Part shown: positions 1-9,715 of the stretch, one piece after another
How positions within the stretch are numbered: the stretch's first letter is position 1
Layout of the letters: every line of letters begins with the position of its first letter
Assembly (NCBI GenBank): GCA_963825525.1
Contig: CAWGTN010000002.1
Span: 1,440,001-1,504,000, forward strand
Length of the DNA: 64,000 nucleotides
Direction: 5' to 3'
From: an uncultured Chloroflexia bacterium
Lineage (GTDB): Bacteria > Chloroflexota > Limnocylindria > QHBO01
Position numbers and translations under genes: made by a program
The notes under the pieces: generated by a model
The model's database searches: none
Seen by the model: the letters and a program-made list of their open reading frames with translations, nothing else
Told to the model about the DNA's origin: nothing

Positions 1-50
1 CGGTCGTGCTCCACGTTCCCGCCGAGGCCGCCGAGGACACCGGCGCCTGA
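1..50 (+). CDS. 3' end of an unidentified ORF entering the window
   Basis: Frame from position 3 reads VVLHVPAEAAEDTGA-stop (TGA 48-50) and is followed by a hairpin. Confidence 0.35.
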   Translation, partial: VVLHVPAEAAEDTGA

Positions 51-57
51 ACACGGA

Positions 58-88
58 ACGAGGGCGGTGCTCCGTGCACCGCCCTCGT
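58..88. terminator. Perfect 13-bp hairpin between convergent genes, likely bidirectional terminator
   Basis: ACGAGGGCGGTGC-tccgt-GCACCGCCCTCGT. Confidence 0.65.
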
Positions 89-109
89 CTCGGTTGATCT
101 CCGGTTGAG

Positions 110-1115
110 CTACCTGGTGAGGCCGATGAAGTTCGTCCTCGAGTAGCAGTCGGATCGGTCCGGTTGCACGGCGGCGTGCCGTATCCGGCCGGGACCCCCG
201 GCAGCGCGTAGAACTCCACGAAGTGGCCCTGGATCTTCGACGCGTGGATGTCGTACGACGTGAGCGAGAACGCGGCCAGGGTAATGACCTCGTAGTTCAG
301 GCCGGACCCTCCATGCCCGCCGGTCTGCGTCCAGACCGGGATGAGCACGGTCTCGCCGATCAGCGCATCGAGGCACGCCCGCACTTCACTCTTGTTCATG
401 TTGCCGGGCGCACCCTCCAGCCACAATGGGAACTCCATGGCGGGGTTGTCCGGGGTGCACATGCTGTTCGCAAGGGTGCCGGCGTCAGTTCGCCCCGCTC
501 CAGGTCAGGAAACCGAAGTTGCCCGGTCCATGGGTGCCCTCGGTCAGCTCGTACTCGATTCCAGCCTGGTAGTCGGAATCGAACGTGGTGATCGGGAGGA
601 GGATCCCGGACGGGGCTTCATTGAGGATGCCGGAGGTCATCGCCGTCGCGTCGGTCGCGACATCGACCTTCGAGATGCCGACGACCCGCATGAAGAACGT
701 GTCGGCCGGAGCTCGAGGTATCCACCCGGATCCCCTGCGCGCCGGCCGGGATCGAGCCCGCATTCGTCACCGCACCGAGGTCGATCTCGATTCCGGGGTT
801 GGCTCCCGGCTTGACGTACTCGGCCGACCAGTCGCAGCCATCGGCGGCTACGCAGCCATTGTTGACCGTGCTGGCCGCGGTCGCCGTGTAGACGTCCGCG
901 CCGGTGCGCCCGCCATCCAGGTAATGGTCCGCGATGACCTTGGTCCCTGCCATGGAGGCAAGGTCCGCGACGTTCTGCATCGAGCGCCGCTCGCGATAGC
1001 CGACACCCGTGTCGATCACGAGCCCTGCGATGAGGAGGAAAACGATCATTCCGCCGGCCACCATCACCAGGATCTGGCCGGTCTCGTCGTCTCGGTGACG
1101 AAGTCGATTCCACAT
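110..1115 (-). CDS. tadG: TadG-like minor pilin (cassette A), interrupted by about 3 frameshifts (~705, ~487, ~170)
   Basis: N-terminus MWNRLRHRDDETGQILVMVAGGMIVFLLIAGLVIDTG...QNVADLASMAG is the Tad N-terminal motif; the protein continues in other frames (TFFMRVVG...GNFGFLTW; ...DCYSRTNFIGLTR). Confidence 0.75.
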
Positions 1116-1174
1116 GGAAGTGATTCCTTTCAGGGTTGAGACCGGCCAAAGAGTCCGGAGGTTGTTGCTGTCCA

Positions 1175-1591
1175 TCAGTTGTTCACGATCGCTTCGGATC
1201 GCGCCTCGAGGTGAAGGGTGCCCACGATCTGGCCGATGATCGGCGTGATCATCGAGAGGTCGGCCTTGGCCTCGACGACCAGGATGTCGTCGACCGTGCA
1301 GCCGTAGGCACCCGCCGCGGTGCAGCTCGCGGTGACGGTTGGATTGCGCACCGCCTCGAGGAGGCTGATGACGTGCGCCTCGACCCCGGCGCGGGTCGTG
1401 TCATCGAAGGCACGCGCCTGGACCGATCCGTACCGAGCGCCTTCGCGTGCCCCCTCGGAGAGGGTGTTGTAGGTGTAGACGGCACGGCCCAGGTCGATCA
1501 GGCCGAAGATGATGAGGAAGAAGATCGGGAGAGCGAGGGCAAGCTCGACCATCGCCTGGCCGCGCCGCCCCTCCTTGCGCTTGCGAATCAT
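1175..1591 (-). CDS. tadE: TadE-family minor pilin (cassette A)
   Basis: RRGQAMVELALALP...DLGRAVYTYNTLSEGAREGARYG; start overlaps the upstream stop (TGATG). Confidence 0.88.
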   Translation of the reverse strand: MIRKRKEGRRGQAMVELALALPIFFLIIFGLIDLGRAVYTYNTLSEGAREGARYGSVQARAFDDTTRAGVEAHVISLLEAVRNPTVTASCTAAGAYGCTVDDILVVEAKADLSMITPIIGQIVGTLHLEARSEAIVNN

Positions 1592-2664
1592 CAGTTGTCC
1601 ACCGTGATCGTTGTGGTGAGGCACGGGCGCAACAGCCCCGCGGTAATGCTCTGCGAGACGACCGTGTAGTCATTGCCCGGCGGTCGCACGGGCGTGAAGT
1701 TCACGGCTGAGAAGCCCGCGCTCGACCATCTTCCCTGGGCTGCGGTGATCGGCACACCCGTGAGTACCGGGACCGTGCACTGGGCGGCCGGCGTGGCAGT
1801 CGGTGACGCGCTCGGCGACGGAGAAGGGGAGGGAGAGCCCGGGCTGGGCGTCGGCGTCGCGGTGGGCACCGGCGTCGGGCTGGGAGTCGGGCTGGGAGTC
1901 GGCGTCGACATCACCGTGCTGGAGACCAGGATCGACTGGGTCAGACACGACCCAACCGTCCCGGCCGGTACGCTCTGCCACACGATGTTCTGCCCGTTGC
2001 CACCATTCGTCGAGAGATTCGCCGCAGAGAATCCCGCGATGGTCGCCCAGACATTCTCGGCGCCGCTGATCTTGGTGGGTCCGGTCGTGAAGTTCGGGAC
2101 CGTACAACTCGACGGTGCCGGCGTTGACGTCGGCGCGGTTGTCGGAATCGGGACCGTGCCGGAACCGGTCTCGAACGAGGTGACGACCACGGCCGTCGAG
2201 GACGAGCTCAGTGTCAGGGTCCCGCCCACCAGTGAACTGATCAGCGGGGTGACGAGCGTGAACGGCGTCTTGCTGGCGACGTAATACAGGTCGCCGTCCT
2301 CGCAGTCCGCAAGCGTCTTGCCCGCACCAGTGAAGACGGTGGTGCCGGGTGCGAAGCACTTGGCAACGAAGCTCTGAAGGGTCAGGCCGTTCAGCTCGAC
2401 CTCGACCCGCGACTCGACGTTATGCGGGTCGACACAGTCAGCCGTGGTCGTTGCACACTCGGGCTCGCGCGCACCGAAGAAGGCCCCTTCCTTGACGGCA
2501 TTCTCGAGGGCCACCGAGGAGAAATAGGCCCTGCCGAGGTCCACGGTGCCGAGCACCAGGACCAGCATGACCGGGAGCAGAAGTGCGAACTCGACGAAGC
2601 TCTGGCCCCGTGCGGATCGCACCCTGGCCGTGAGCTGGGTCAGCGTCGTTCGGATCGAATTCAA
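1591..2664 (-). CDS. tadE: TadE-family minor pilin with two PASTA-like domains and a Pro/Ser/Thr linker (cassette A)
   Basis: ARGQSFVEFALLLP...DLGRAYF...NAVKEGA; two CTVP...A..W..AGF...V.QS..AG...C repeats; TTG start at 2664 is uncertain. Confidence 0.82.
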   Translation of the reverse strand: MNSIRTTLTQLTARVRSARGQSFVEFALLLPVMLVLVLGTVDLGRAYFSSVALENAVKEGAFFGAREPECATTTADCVDPHNVESRVEVELNGLTLQSFVAKCFAPGTTVFTGAGKTLADCEDGDLYYVASKTPFTLVTPLISSLVGGTLTLSSSSTAVVVTSFETGSGTVPIPTTAPTSTPAPSSCTVPNFTTGPTKISGAENVWATIAGFSAANLSTNGGNGQNIVWQSVPAGTVGSCLTQSILVSSTVMSTPTPSPTPSPTPVPTATPTPSPGSPSPSPSPSASPTATPAAQCTVPVLTGVPITAAQGRWSSAGFSAVNFTPVRPPGNDYTVVSQSITAGLLRPCLTTTITVDN

Positions 2665-2694
2665 GGGGAACCTGCAAATGCGTGATCGATCCCC

Positions 2695-2727
2695 AACGTA
2701 TGGGGCCGACCTTGCGGGGTGCCTTGC
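2695..2727 (-). promoter_or_regulatory. Conserved pilin-cassette promoter A
   Basis: Minus strand GCAAGGCACCCCGCAAGGT-cggcccca-TACGTT; same architecture upstream of all four cassettes. Confidence 0.75.
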
Positions 2728-2895
2728 GAAGGTCGGAACGATCGGCGTCTGCTGGCAGTACGAAGGTCCCGGCGGTCCGCACCGGACCGACCCGCATGCC
2801 ATCGGAGGCCACAACAGGCCCCGATCACGTGGTGACGCGGCGCACCGGGGCGGACGAGACGCCGGGTCGGCGGACCCGGGACTTCGGTACTGCCT

Positions 2896-2928
2896 GTAAG
2901 CAGTACGGCAAGGTCAATCCGGTAGGTT
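2896..2928 (+). promoter_or_regulatory. Conserved pilin-cassette promoter B
   Basis: GTAAGCAGTACGGCAAGGT-caatccgg-TAGGTT. Confidence 0.75.
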
Positions 2929-2959
2929 GCGAACTGAGACCCGAGATTGAGATTCCGCC

Positions 2960-3943
2960 GTGCACGCCCTACGCAACCTCGCGCGACGCAGCTCGCGCGC
3001 CCAGGCCCTTGCCGAATTCGCCCTCGTCCTGCCCATCATCATCCTGCTTCTCGCGATGGCGATCGACCTTGGCCGCGTGTTCTACGGATGGGTGTCCATC
3101 CAGAACGCGGCCCGCGTCGGCGCGTCCTACGCGGCGTCAAACGCTGATGCGTGGGAGTCGCCGGCGGACGCGACACGGCAGGCCCGCTACGCGACCCTGA
3201 TCCAGAATGACCTCCAGGCACTGAACTGCGCGCTCGGGGCCGTCCCGCCACCGGCCTTCGATGACCTCGACGCCGATGGAACCTACGACACCGGCGAACC
3301 GGTCGCCGTCGCGCTGGACTGCGAGTTCAGCCTCATCACGCCGATCGGCCAGACAATCCTCGGGCCAGTGAACCTCGGAGGGGAGGCGACGTACCCCGTT
3401 CACTACACGGTCGTCACCGCGCTTCCGTCGCCACCTCCACCGCCGCCACCACCGACGTGCACGGTTCCCGGCACCGTCGGCCAGTCCCGGAACACCGCGC
3501 GAAGCCTGTGGACCGGAGCGAGCTTCCAGTCCGGCAATTTGATCGAGACCACGAACGGCAACTTCACAGTCGCCACCCAGAGCCAGACGGCGGGGGCGTC
3601 GATCCCGTGCACGTCATCCATGACGATTTCCCCGGCGGCCGGACCGACGCCGACTCCGGCGGGATGCACCAAGCCGGTGGCCCAGTTCACCGGCACGCCG
3701 ACAGTCGGTAAGTCGACGCTGAACGTTCAGTTCACGGATCAGTCGACGAGCGCAGGTTGCCCGATCCTGTCGTGGAGCTGGAACTTCGACCCAGGGTCCT
3801 CCAGCCTTCAGAGCCCGAGCCACGGGTTCGTCTGGGACGGCAATGGACAGTCGACGAAATTCAAGGTCACCCTCACCGTCACGAACGCCGCCGGGTCTGA
3901 TGTGGAAACAAAGAACAACTACATCCAGGCAAACAAGCCATGA
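2960..3943 (+). CDS. tadE: TadE-family minor pilin with PASTA-like and PKD domains (cassette B)
   Basis: SRAQALAEFALVLP...NAARVGA; poly-Pro linker; CTVPGTVG...QSQTAG; PKD signature PVAQFT...VQFTDQS...WSWNFD...VTLTVTNAAG. Confidence 0.87.
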   Translation: MHALRNLARRSSRAQALAEFALVLPIIILLLAMAIDLGRVFYGWVSIQNAARVGASYAASNADAWESPADATRQARYATLIQNDLQALNCALGAVPPPAFDDLDADGTYDTGEPVAVALDCEFSLITPIGQTILGPVNLGGEATYPVHYTVVTALPSPPPPPPPPTCTVPGTVGQSRNTARSLWTGASFQSGNLIETTNGNFTVATQSQTAGASIPCTSSMTISPAAGPTPTPAGCTKPVAQFTGTPTVGKSTLNVQFTDQSTSAGCPILSWSWNFDPGSSSLQSPSHGFVWDGNGQSTKFKVTLTVTNAAGSDVETKNNYIQANKP

Positions 3944-4386
3944 CGCTGATGCGCGGCCGTGATCGCGGTCAGACGATGGTCGAGCTGGCCCTCGTGCTGC
4001 CGCTCCTCATCCTGCTCATCGCCGGGATCTTCGACTTCGGCCGTGCGATTTACGGCTACAACACCGTCATCAATGCGTCGCGCGAGGCCGCACGCGTGGC
4101 CATCGTTCACCAGACGGCCGGCACCATCGAGCAGCGGGCAGTGGACCACGCCGTAGCCCTCGGACTCAGCGCGACCGATGTCTCCATCGACTACCGCACC
4201 GCCGCCGCTCCGGAAACACCGGGCTCATGCGACTCGAGGCTCGGAACCCCCCAGATCGTGGGATGCACCGCCGTTGTTCGTGTCGACTACACCTATGAAG
4301 CCTCGATTCCGATCATCACCGCCCTGGTCGGGTCGATCGACCTGGCCGGCGAAACACGATTCCCCGTGGAGCACAACGCTCCATGA
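3940..4386 (+). CDS. tadE: TadE-family minor pilin (cassette B)
   Basis: DRGQTMVELALVLP...DFGRAIYGYNTVINASREAAR. Confidence 0.88.
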   Translation: MTLMRGRDRGQTMVELALVLPLLILLIAGIFDFGRAIYGYNTVINASREAARVAIVHQTAGTIEQRAVDHAVALGLSATDVSIDYRTAAAPETPGSCDSRLGTPQIVGCTAVVRVDYTYEASIPIITALVGSIDLAGETRFPVEHNAP

Positions 4387-5585
4387 CACCCAGGAGACTG
4401 AACCCGATGGACCGATACTTCCGCTCAGGCACCGGCTCGCGATCGCGTGAGGGGCAGGTGCTCGTCATCGTGGCCGCGGGCATGTTCGTGCTCATCGCCA
4501 TGGTCGGGCTGATCATCGACGGCGGCAATGCCCTGGCTCAGCAGCGCCGCGCGCAGAACGCGGCCGATGGGATTGCCATGGCTGGCACCGCGGTCATCCA
4601 GGACTACCTCAGCGACGCGGCAACGCCGCCGACTGCGGGCGACGTGGGGTGCGCCGTTGAGACCGCAGCAGACGCACACGAGATCGACCTCGAGAAGGCC
4701 GAGTTCACGGACTTCAACGGCACCATCGTCGGCCTCGTGCCCGCGTGCGGGTCCGGTGCGGGGATTCCGGCGGGGAGCCAGGGCGTCAAGGGCTCGAGCA
4801 CCGAGGACTTCGAGACGTTCCTCATGCGTGCGGTCGGTTTCGGCACCATGACGACGAAGGCGAATGCCACCGCTGTTGTGGGAACACCGTCCGGCGTGTG
4901 CCCGGCCAGTGCCGGGTGCGGCGTGCTCCCGGTCACCTTCCCGCGCACGATCGACACCTGCGACGGGACGAACACCGGGATCGTCGGCGAGGACGAGTGG
5001 GAGATACTGGACGAGGACGCGGTGCTGGATAGCAGCAATCTCGCCATCGTTCCGCTCTGCAAGAAGGCACCGGGCGCCACCGGCTGGCTGGACTTCGGAT
5101 GCGGCAACCTCGCAGACCACATCACGAACCCGTGCAACCAGTACATCAACATCCCGGCATGGCTTCACACCAGCCCGGGCAACCCGAACTGCTGCGAGAA
5201 CCAGCTGAATGCGTACGCGGGCTCGTCGCCCGGCGTTGCCGAAACGGCCGACCAGGTCCTCTACGTCCCGATCCACGACAACACGTGCGGCACCAAGCCG
5301 GCGGACTCCGACCCCGTCTGCCCGGGCGGCAATTGGACCGGTGGAGGTGACCTCCTCCATTACCACATCCCGTATTGGGTCGGATTCAAGCTCGATGGCG
5401 CATTCACCCAGGGGAGTGACGTCGAGTGCAACGAACTCCCGGGCACGCCGTTTTCGGGTGGCAACGGGGCCACCGGCTGCCTGAAGGGATGGTTCGTCTC
5501 GAAGGTCACCGCCCCCGGACCAATCAGTACCGTGGTGATCAACCCCGGAGATCCGGTGGCCCTGGCCATCGCCCTGATCGACTAG
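4383..5585 (+). CDS. tadG: TadG-like minor pilin with Cys-rich C-terminal domain (cassette B)
   Basis: REGQVLVIVAAGMFVLIAMVGLIIDGG...QRRAQNAADGIAMAG; start may be ATG 4407. Confidence 0.85.
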   Translation: MTPRRLNPMDRYFRSGTGSRSREGQVLVIVAAGMFVLIAMVGLIIDGGNALAQQRRAQNAADGIAMAGTAVIQDYLSDAATPPTAGDVGCAVETAADAHEIDLEKAEFTDFNGTIVGLVPACGSGAGIPAGSQGVKGSSTEDFETFLMRAVGFGTMTTKANATAVVGTPSGVCPASAGCGVLPVTFPRTIDTCDGTNTGIVGEDEWEILDEDAVLDSSNLAIVPLCKKAPGATGWLDFGCGNLADHITNPCNQYINIPAWLHTSPGNPNCCENQLNAYAGSSPGVAETADQVLYVPIHDNTCGTKPADSDPVCPGGNWTGGGDLLHYHIPYWVGFKLDGAFTQGSDVECNELPGTPFSGGNGATGCLKGWFVSKVTAPGPISTVVINPGDPVALAIALID

Positions 5586-5845
5586 CCGCGCCGGGCCGGG
5601 CCAAAATCCGCCCGGCCACTCGGCAGCCCAGTCTCTCCGTGCGCCGCGCAACCCATTTTGGGTGGCGCGGCGTTCTGGCGTCCCGCGGCGATTCGCCACC
5701 GCTAACCCTGCGAGACACCTCAGATCGCCAGGTCCCCTAACAAGATTCAGTGTTGTGCGTTGTCGCAGAGCGTGTACTGTCACAACGGATACCGCCGAAC
5801 TTCGTTAGGGTCCGTGTTGCCACAATGCACCGAGATTCGTGGTTT

Positions 5846-5878
5846 GCAAGGTCAGCTGCAAGGTTGAATGCCTACATT
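5846..5878 (+). promoter_or_regulatory. Conserved pilin-cassette promoter C
   Basis: GCAAGGTCAGCTGCAAGGT-tgaatgcc-TACATT, 8 nt before ATG 5887 (near-leaderless). Confidence 0.75.
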
Positions 5879-5886
5879 CGCGAGCG

Positions 5887-6774
5887 ATGACACGAGAATC
5901 TGAACCCGGCGCGACATCGGCCGCCCGCCGCGGCCAGGCCCTGGTCGAGCTTGCCCTGATCGCCCCTGTCCTGCTGCTCCTGCTCATCGGAGCGATTGAC
6001 CTGGGCCGCGTCTGGCAGTCACAGATCACCATCAACAATGCCGCCCGCGAAGGCGCGATGGAAGGGATCTTCCAGCCGAACTCATTCATCGCCGGTACGG
6101 CGTGCACCTCGGCCAACCAGGACTCGAACCGGATCATGTGCCGGGTCGTGAACGAGGTACGCGACTCGAGCATCACCGTGACCCCGGCAGACGTGGCGAA
6201 GTCCTGCAGCCCGTCGTGCACGCCGGGCAGCGTGGGCGCCCCGAGCACGTTGACGGTGACCGTTACGGGCCACTTCTCCCTGCTCACGCCGCTCATGGCC
6301 GTCTTCACCGGTGGCCAGGACATCACCCTCACGGCGGCCGCAGACGCGACGATTGCCATGACCCCGACCGGCGGCCCGGTCGCGACCCCCAGCCCGAGTC
6401 CGAGTCCGACGCCGACGCCGACGCCGACGCCGACTCCGACAGGCAGCCCGGGCCCGTCACCGACGCCAACCGCAACGGCAAGCCCAACGCCCCCACCGCA
6501 ACCGTGTGTGGCCCCGGTTGCGAATTTCAGCGTCAGTCCGGCCACGGGCAAGAAGAAGAAGACCGACTTCGCATTCACCGATTCTTCGACGAACATGGCG
6601 AACCCGGCCTGCAACCGGATCTGGTCGTGGAACTTCGGCGACGGAACCGGTGCTTCCTCGTCGCAGAACACCGTCCATCAGTACGACTCGGCGGGCACCT
6701 ACACGATCACCCTGTCGGTATCCAACAGCGCCGGCACCTCGACGTTCCAGCGGTCGGTCATTGTCACGCAGTAA
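5887..6774 (+). CDS. tadE: TadE-family minor pilin with PKD domain (cassette C)
   Basis: RRGQALVELALIAP...NAAREGA; PT/PS linker; PKD motif WSWNFGDG...H.Y..AGTYTITLSVSN. Confidence 0.87.
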   Translation: MTRESEPGATSAARRGQALVELALIAPVLLLLLIGAIDLGRVWQSQITINNAAREGAMEGIFQPNSFIAGTACTSANQDSNRIMCRVVNEVRDSSITVTPADVAKSCSPSCTPGSVGAPSTLTVTVTGHFSLLTPLMAVFTGGQDITLTAAADATIAMTPTGGPVATPSPSPSPTPTPTPTPTPTGSPGPSPTPTATASPTPPPQPCVAPVANFSVSPATGKKKKTDFAFTDSSTNMANPACNRIWSWNFGDGTGASSSQNTVHQYDSAGTYTITLSVSNSAGTSTFQRSVIVTQ

Positions 6775-6778
6775 GTCG

Positions 6779-7210
6779 TTGCGCGCCAAGCCAGCGCACA
6801 GCGAGAAGGGCCAGGCGATGGTCGAGTTCGCCCTCACGGTCGTCATCTTCATCGGCCTCCTGCTGGGCGTGCTCGATTTCGGCCGAGCGATCTTCATGTC
6901 GAACGGCGTCGCCGAGGCGGCGCGCGAGATCGCCCGCGTTGCGAGCGTGCATCCGGGGAACCCGATCTCGAACCCATCAGCCGATACCCAGCAGGTGATC
7001 GCGGGGCAGCGCAGCATCATCTTCGATCTCGCGAACCCGACGATGACGTGCGTCGACATCACCGGCCAGCCAGCTGCCACCCCGACCGGTGCCTGCCTTC
7101 CCGGCAATTGGGTGAAGGTCGAGATCCACGCTCCCTACAGCCCGGTGACACCAATCTTCAACCTGATGGCCATCGACCTCGAGTCGACCAGCAGCGTGCA
7201 AATACCGTGA
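6779..7210 (+). CDS. tadE: TadE-family minor pilin (cassette C)
   Basis: EKGQAMVEFALTVVIF...DFGRAIFMSNGVAEAAREIAR; TTG start is inferred. Confidence 0.85.
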   Translation: MRAKPAHSEKGQAMVEFALTVVIFIGLLLGVLDFGRAIFMSNGVAEAAREIARVASVHPGNPISNPSADTQQVIAGQRSIIFDLANPTMTCVDITGQPAATPTGACLPGNWVKVEIHAPYSPVTPIFNLMAIDLESTSSVQIP

Positions 7211-7230
7211 AGTCAGAGGTACGCCCAGCC

Positions 7231-8170
7231 ATGCATCCCGAATTTGCCGATGGAGACCGAGAGCGCGGGCAGATCCTCGTCATCTTTGCTCTCGCGCTCG
7301 TCGCGATCGTCGCCATGGTGGGCCTGGTGATCGACGGCGGTTCGGCCTTCGCCCAGCGCCGTTCACAGCAGAACGGTTCGGACCTTGCGGCCATGGCCGG
7401 CGCGAACACCTACCTGCTTACGAACAGCAACGCGTCGACGATCAGTGCGGCCCGAGAGGTTGCCCGCCAGAACGGGTGGGAGCACGGCGTCGGCGGTGTC
7501 GTCGTCAATGTGAGCATCGACACGTCCAACGGGGCGGCCGTCACGGTCGAGGTCGACGCCCCACACGACAACTACTTCGGCGGCATCGTCGGGTTCGACA
7601 CGATGGATGTTGGCACCACTGCCACCGCGGTTGGTGGTTTCCCCGATACCGTGGAGGGCGCGGCGCCGATGATCTTCAGCATCGACGCATTCAACGCCGA
7701 TGGTTCGCCGAAAGCAGCCTACGGGAACTCCGGCGCCCCATTTGCGTTCGGCGAGACGAACGGAGACGTGCCCACAGGACCTGGTGATCTTGCGTGGACG
7801 AACTACGGGACCGGCAATGTCAATACGAACGACGTCCGACAGATCATCCGAGGCAACCTCGTCATCAATAAGACGCTCGACATTCGGTGAGTACATCGGT
7901 CAGCACAACAACGGCAATCACACCGCGCTGTTCGGCGAGGTGAACTCCTACCTGGCGGGCATGGACGTCCCGGTCCCCGTCGTTGATCACAACGGCAATT
8001 TCCAGGGGTGGGCTACGTTCCACATCGTCTCGGCGTCGGGTGGCAGCGCGAAGGATGTCGTCGGGTATTTCAAGAGCTCGTTCGTGAGCCAGCGGCTGTC
8101 GATCGGCGGCTGCGCGGCAAATGACTGCCCGCGCTACCTGGGTTCGTACGTCCTCAAGCTCACCGACTGA
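7231..8170 (+). CDS. tadG: TadG-like minor pilin (cassette C), frameshift near 7882
   Basis: ERGQILVIFALALVAIVAMVGLVIDGG...QNGSDLAAMAG; C-terminus FGEYIGQHNNG...GSYVLKLTD lies in another frame. Confidence 0.8.
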
Positions 8171-8197
8171 CGCCAAGGGAACAGTCCCGACAACGCC

Positions 8198-8225
8198 AAA
8201 GCCGGTCGAGGAATCGACCGGCTTT
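8198..8225 (+). terminator. Rho-independent terminator after cassette C
   Basis: AAAGCCGGTCGA-ggaa-TCGACCGGCTTT. Confidence 0.75.
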
Positions 8226-8432
8226 CGCTTGCGTCCGTCTTGCTCAGGGAGCACGCAAGCCAACGCACGCCGCACCAGGTTTGTTACTGGCAGCGACGTG
8301 CGCCACAAGTACTGCGACGGACCCCACGCGACCCGACCGCCGCGCCACAGACCCCACGCGTCGCGAGCTCGTTTGGCCGTCGATTTTCCTATCGCTTGCT
8401 CGGTACAGGCTGCCTACGGTGCACCTCAGATG

Positions 8433-8465
8433 GCAAGCAAGACCGCAAGGTGGCGGGCATAGCCT
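8433..8465 (+). promoter_or_regulatory. Conserved pilin-cassette promoter D
   Basis: GCAAGCAAGACCGCAAGGT-ggcgggca-TAGCCT; AGGAG RBS downstream before GTG 8495. Confidence 0.75.
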
Positions 8466-8494
8466 CAGGGCATCTACCTTTTCAGGAGCCAGGC

Positions 8495-9118
8495 GTGCAG
8501 ACGATCGTTCGATTTCGGAGCCAGCGAACCCGGGACGGTGTCCGGTCCGAGCGTGGACAGTCCGCCGTCGAGTTCATCCTGGTCTTCCCGATCTTCATCC
8601 TGATCATCATCGGCCTCATGGAGTTCAGCCTGGCGTTCAACGCGCTCATCGGCGTGAACTTCGCCAGCCGCGACGCGGCACTCCTGGCCGCCGAGGCCGC
8701 CGCCGACGCGGGCGCCGATTGCGTGATCCTGAAGAGCGTGGAGTCGGACATCAACGCGCCGGCCGACCGCGACCGAATCACCGAGGTCCGCGTCTACTGG
8801 GCCACCGACACCGGGGCCATGATGCCCGGCAACCCGGTCAACGTGTACCGCCGGACGGGCAGCACCACCTGCACGACGCCCGGCGGATCGATCATCACGG
8901 TTCCGTACTCCCTGGTCGGTGTGGCCGGCTACCCGGTGAGCATCCGCTGCGACGTCATCGGCGGCTGCGGCGGCTCCCATGACACGGTCGACACGATTGC
9001 CGTCCAGGTCCGGTACACCCACGTCTGGGCCACGCCGCTGGCCCGGCTCGTGTCGCTGGGCGGCACAGGGTTCTCGTTCGAGCACACCAACGCCATGCGC
9101 ATGGAGCCATCGCTGTGA
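8495..9118 (+). CDS. tadE: TadE-family minor pilin (cassette D)
   Basis: ERGQSAVEFILVFP...ASRDAA; C-terminal MRMEP. Confidence 0.86.
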   Translation: MQTIVRFRSQRTRDGVRSERGQSAVEFILVFPIFILIIIGLMEFSLAFNALIGVNFASRDAALLAAEAAADAGADCVILKSVESDINAPADRDRITEVRVYWATDTGAMMPGNPVNVYRRTGSTTCTTPGGSIITVPYSLVGVAGYPVSIRCDVIGGCGGSHDTVDTIAVQVRYTHVWATPLARLVSLGGTGFSFEHTNAMRMEPSL

Positions 9119-9705
9119 GAGCCCTTCTCGCGCACCGCTACCGGCGCGACGCTCGCGGCCAGTCGCTGGTCGAGATGATCCTCATCCTCCCCGTGCTGCT
9201 CATGCTCACCATGGGCACGCTCGAGTTCGGCTTCGCGTTCGATCATCACATCACCCTCGAGTACGCGAGCCGCGAGGGCGCCCGCACCGGAGCTGCCCTC
9301 TCGAACGGTGCCGGCGACGCAACCCGCTGCGCAGCCATCGATCCGCAGATCATTGCTGCGGTCCAGCGCGTCCTCGACAGCCCGAGCTCATCGGTCGACC
9401 TGGCGGAGGTCCCCGAGGTTCGGATCTTCCGTGCCGGAACCAACGGGCAGGAGCTGGGACCCGTGAACCGATGGCGGTACGCCCCCGGCGCCGGCCCGAC
9501 CGTTGACGGGCAGCGACTCGACTTCGTCGAGGTCTCTGCCAGCTGGCCGGCGTGCTCGCGCCTCAGCCAGCCCAACCCGGATTCGATCGGGGTCAGCCTG
9601 ACCTACACCTACCGCTTCCAGACGCCGATGACCGGCCTGCTCGGAATGGCATCTATCAACATGGGCGACAAGACGGTCATGCCGCTCGCGCCCACGGACT
9701 ATTGA
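9115..9705 (+). CDS. tadE: TadE-family minor pilin (cassette D)
   Basis: ARGQSLVEMILILP...EFGFAF...YASREGARTG. Confidence 0.88.
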   Translation: MRALLAHRYRRDARGQSLVEMILILPVLLMLTMGTLEFGFAFDHHITLEYASREGARTGAALSNGAGDATRCAAIDPQIIAAVQRVLDSPSSSVDLAEVPEVRIFRAGTNGQELGPVNRWRYAPGAGPTVDGQRLDFVEVSASWPACSRLSQPNPDSIGVSLTYTYRFQTPMTGLLGMASINMGDKTVMPLAPTDY

Positions 9706-9715
9706 GGTCCCGCAC

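Noticed and set aside
5586-5845. c-di-GMP or other riboswitch in the pilin intergenic regions (also 2730-2895 and 8230-8430)
   Set aside because: No recognisable GEMM-type consensus by eye; an Rfam/Infernal scan would be needed
110-8170. Phase variation of tadG genes by slipped-strand mispairing
   Set aside because: The frameshifts are not in long homopolymer or microsatellite tracts, and similar indels hit glyA and rplU
5760-8308. Recurrent GYCACAA and CACCTCAGAT words in the pilin intergenic regions as a second operator
   Set aside because: Short, with inconsistent spacing and position; not distinguishable from chance by eye
8431-8446. Sigma-54 promoter (TGGCA...GC) at cassette D
   Set aside because: GG-to-GC spacing is 11 rather than 10, and the other three promoters lack TGGCA
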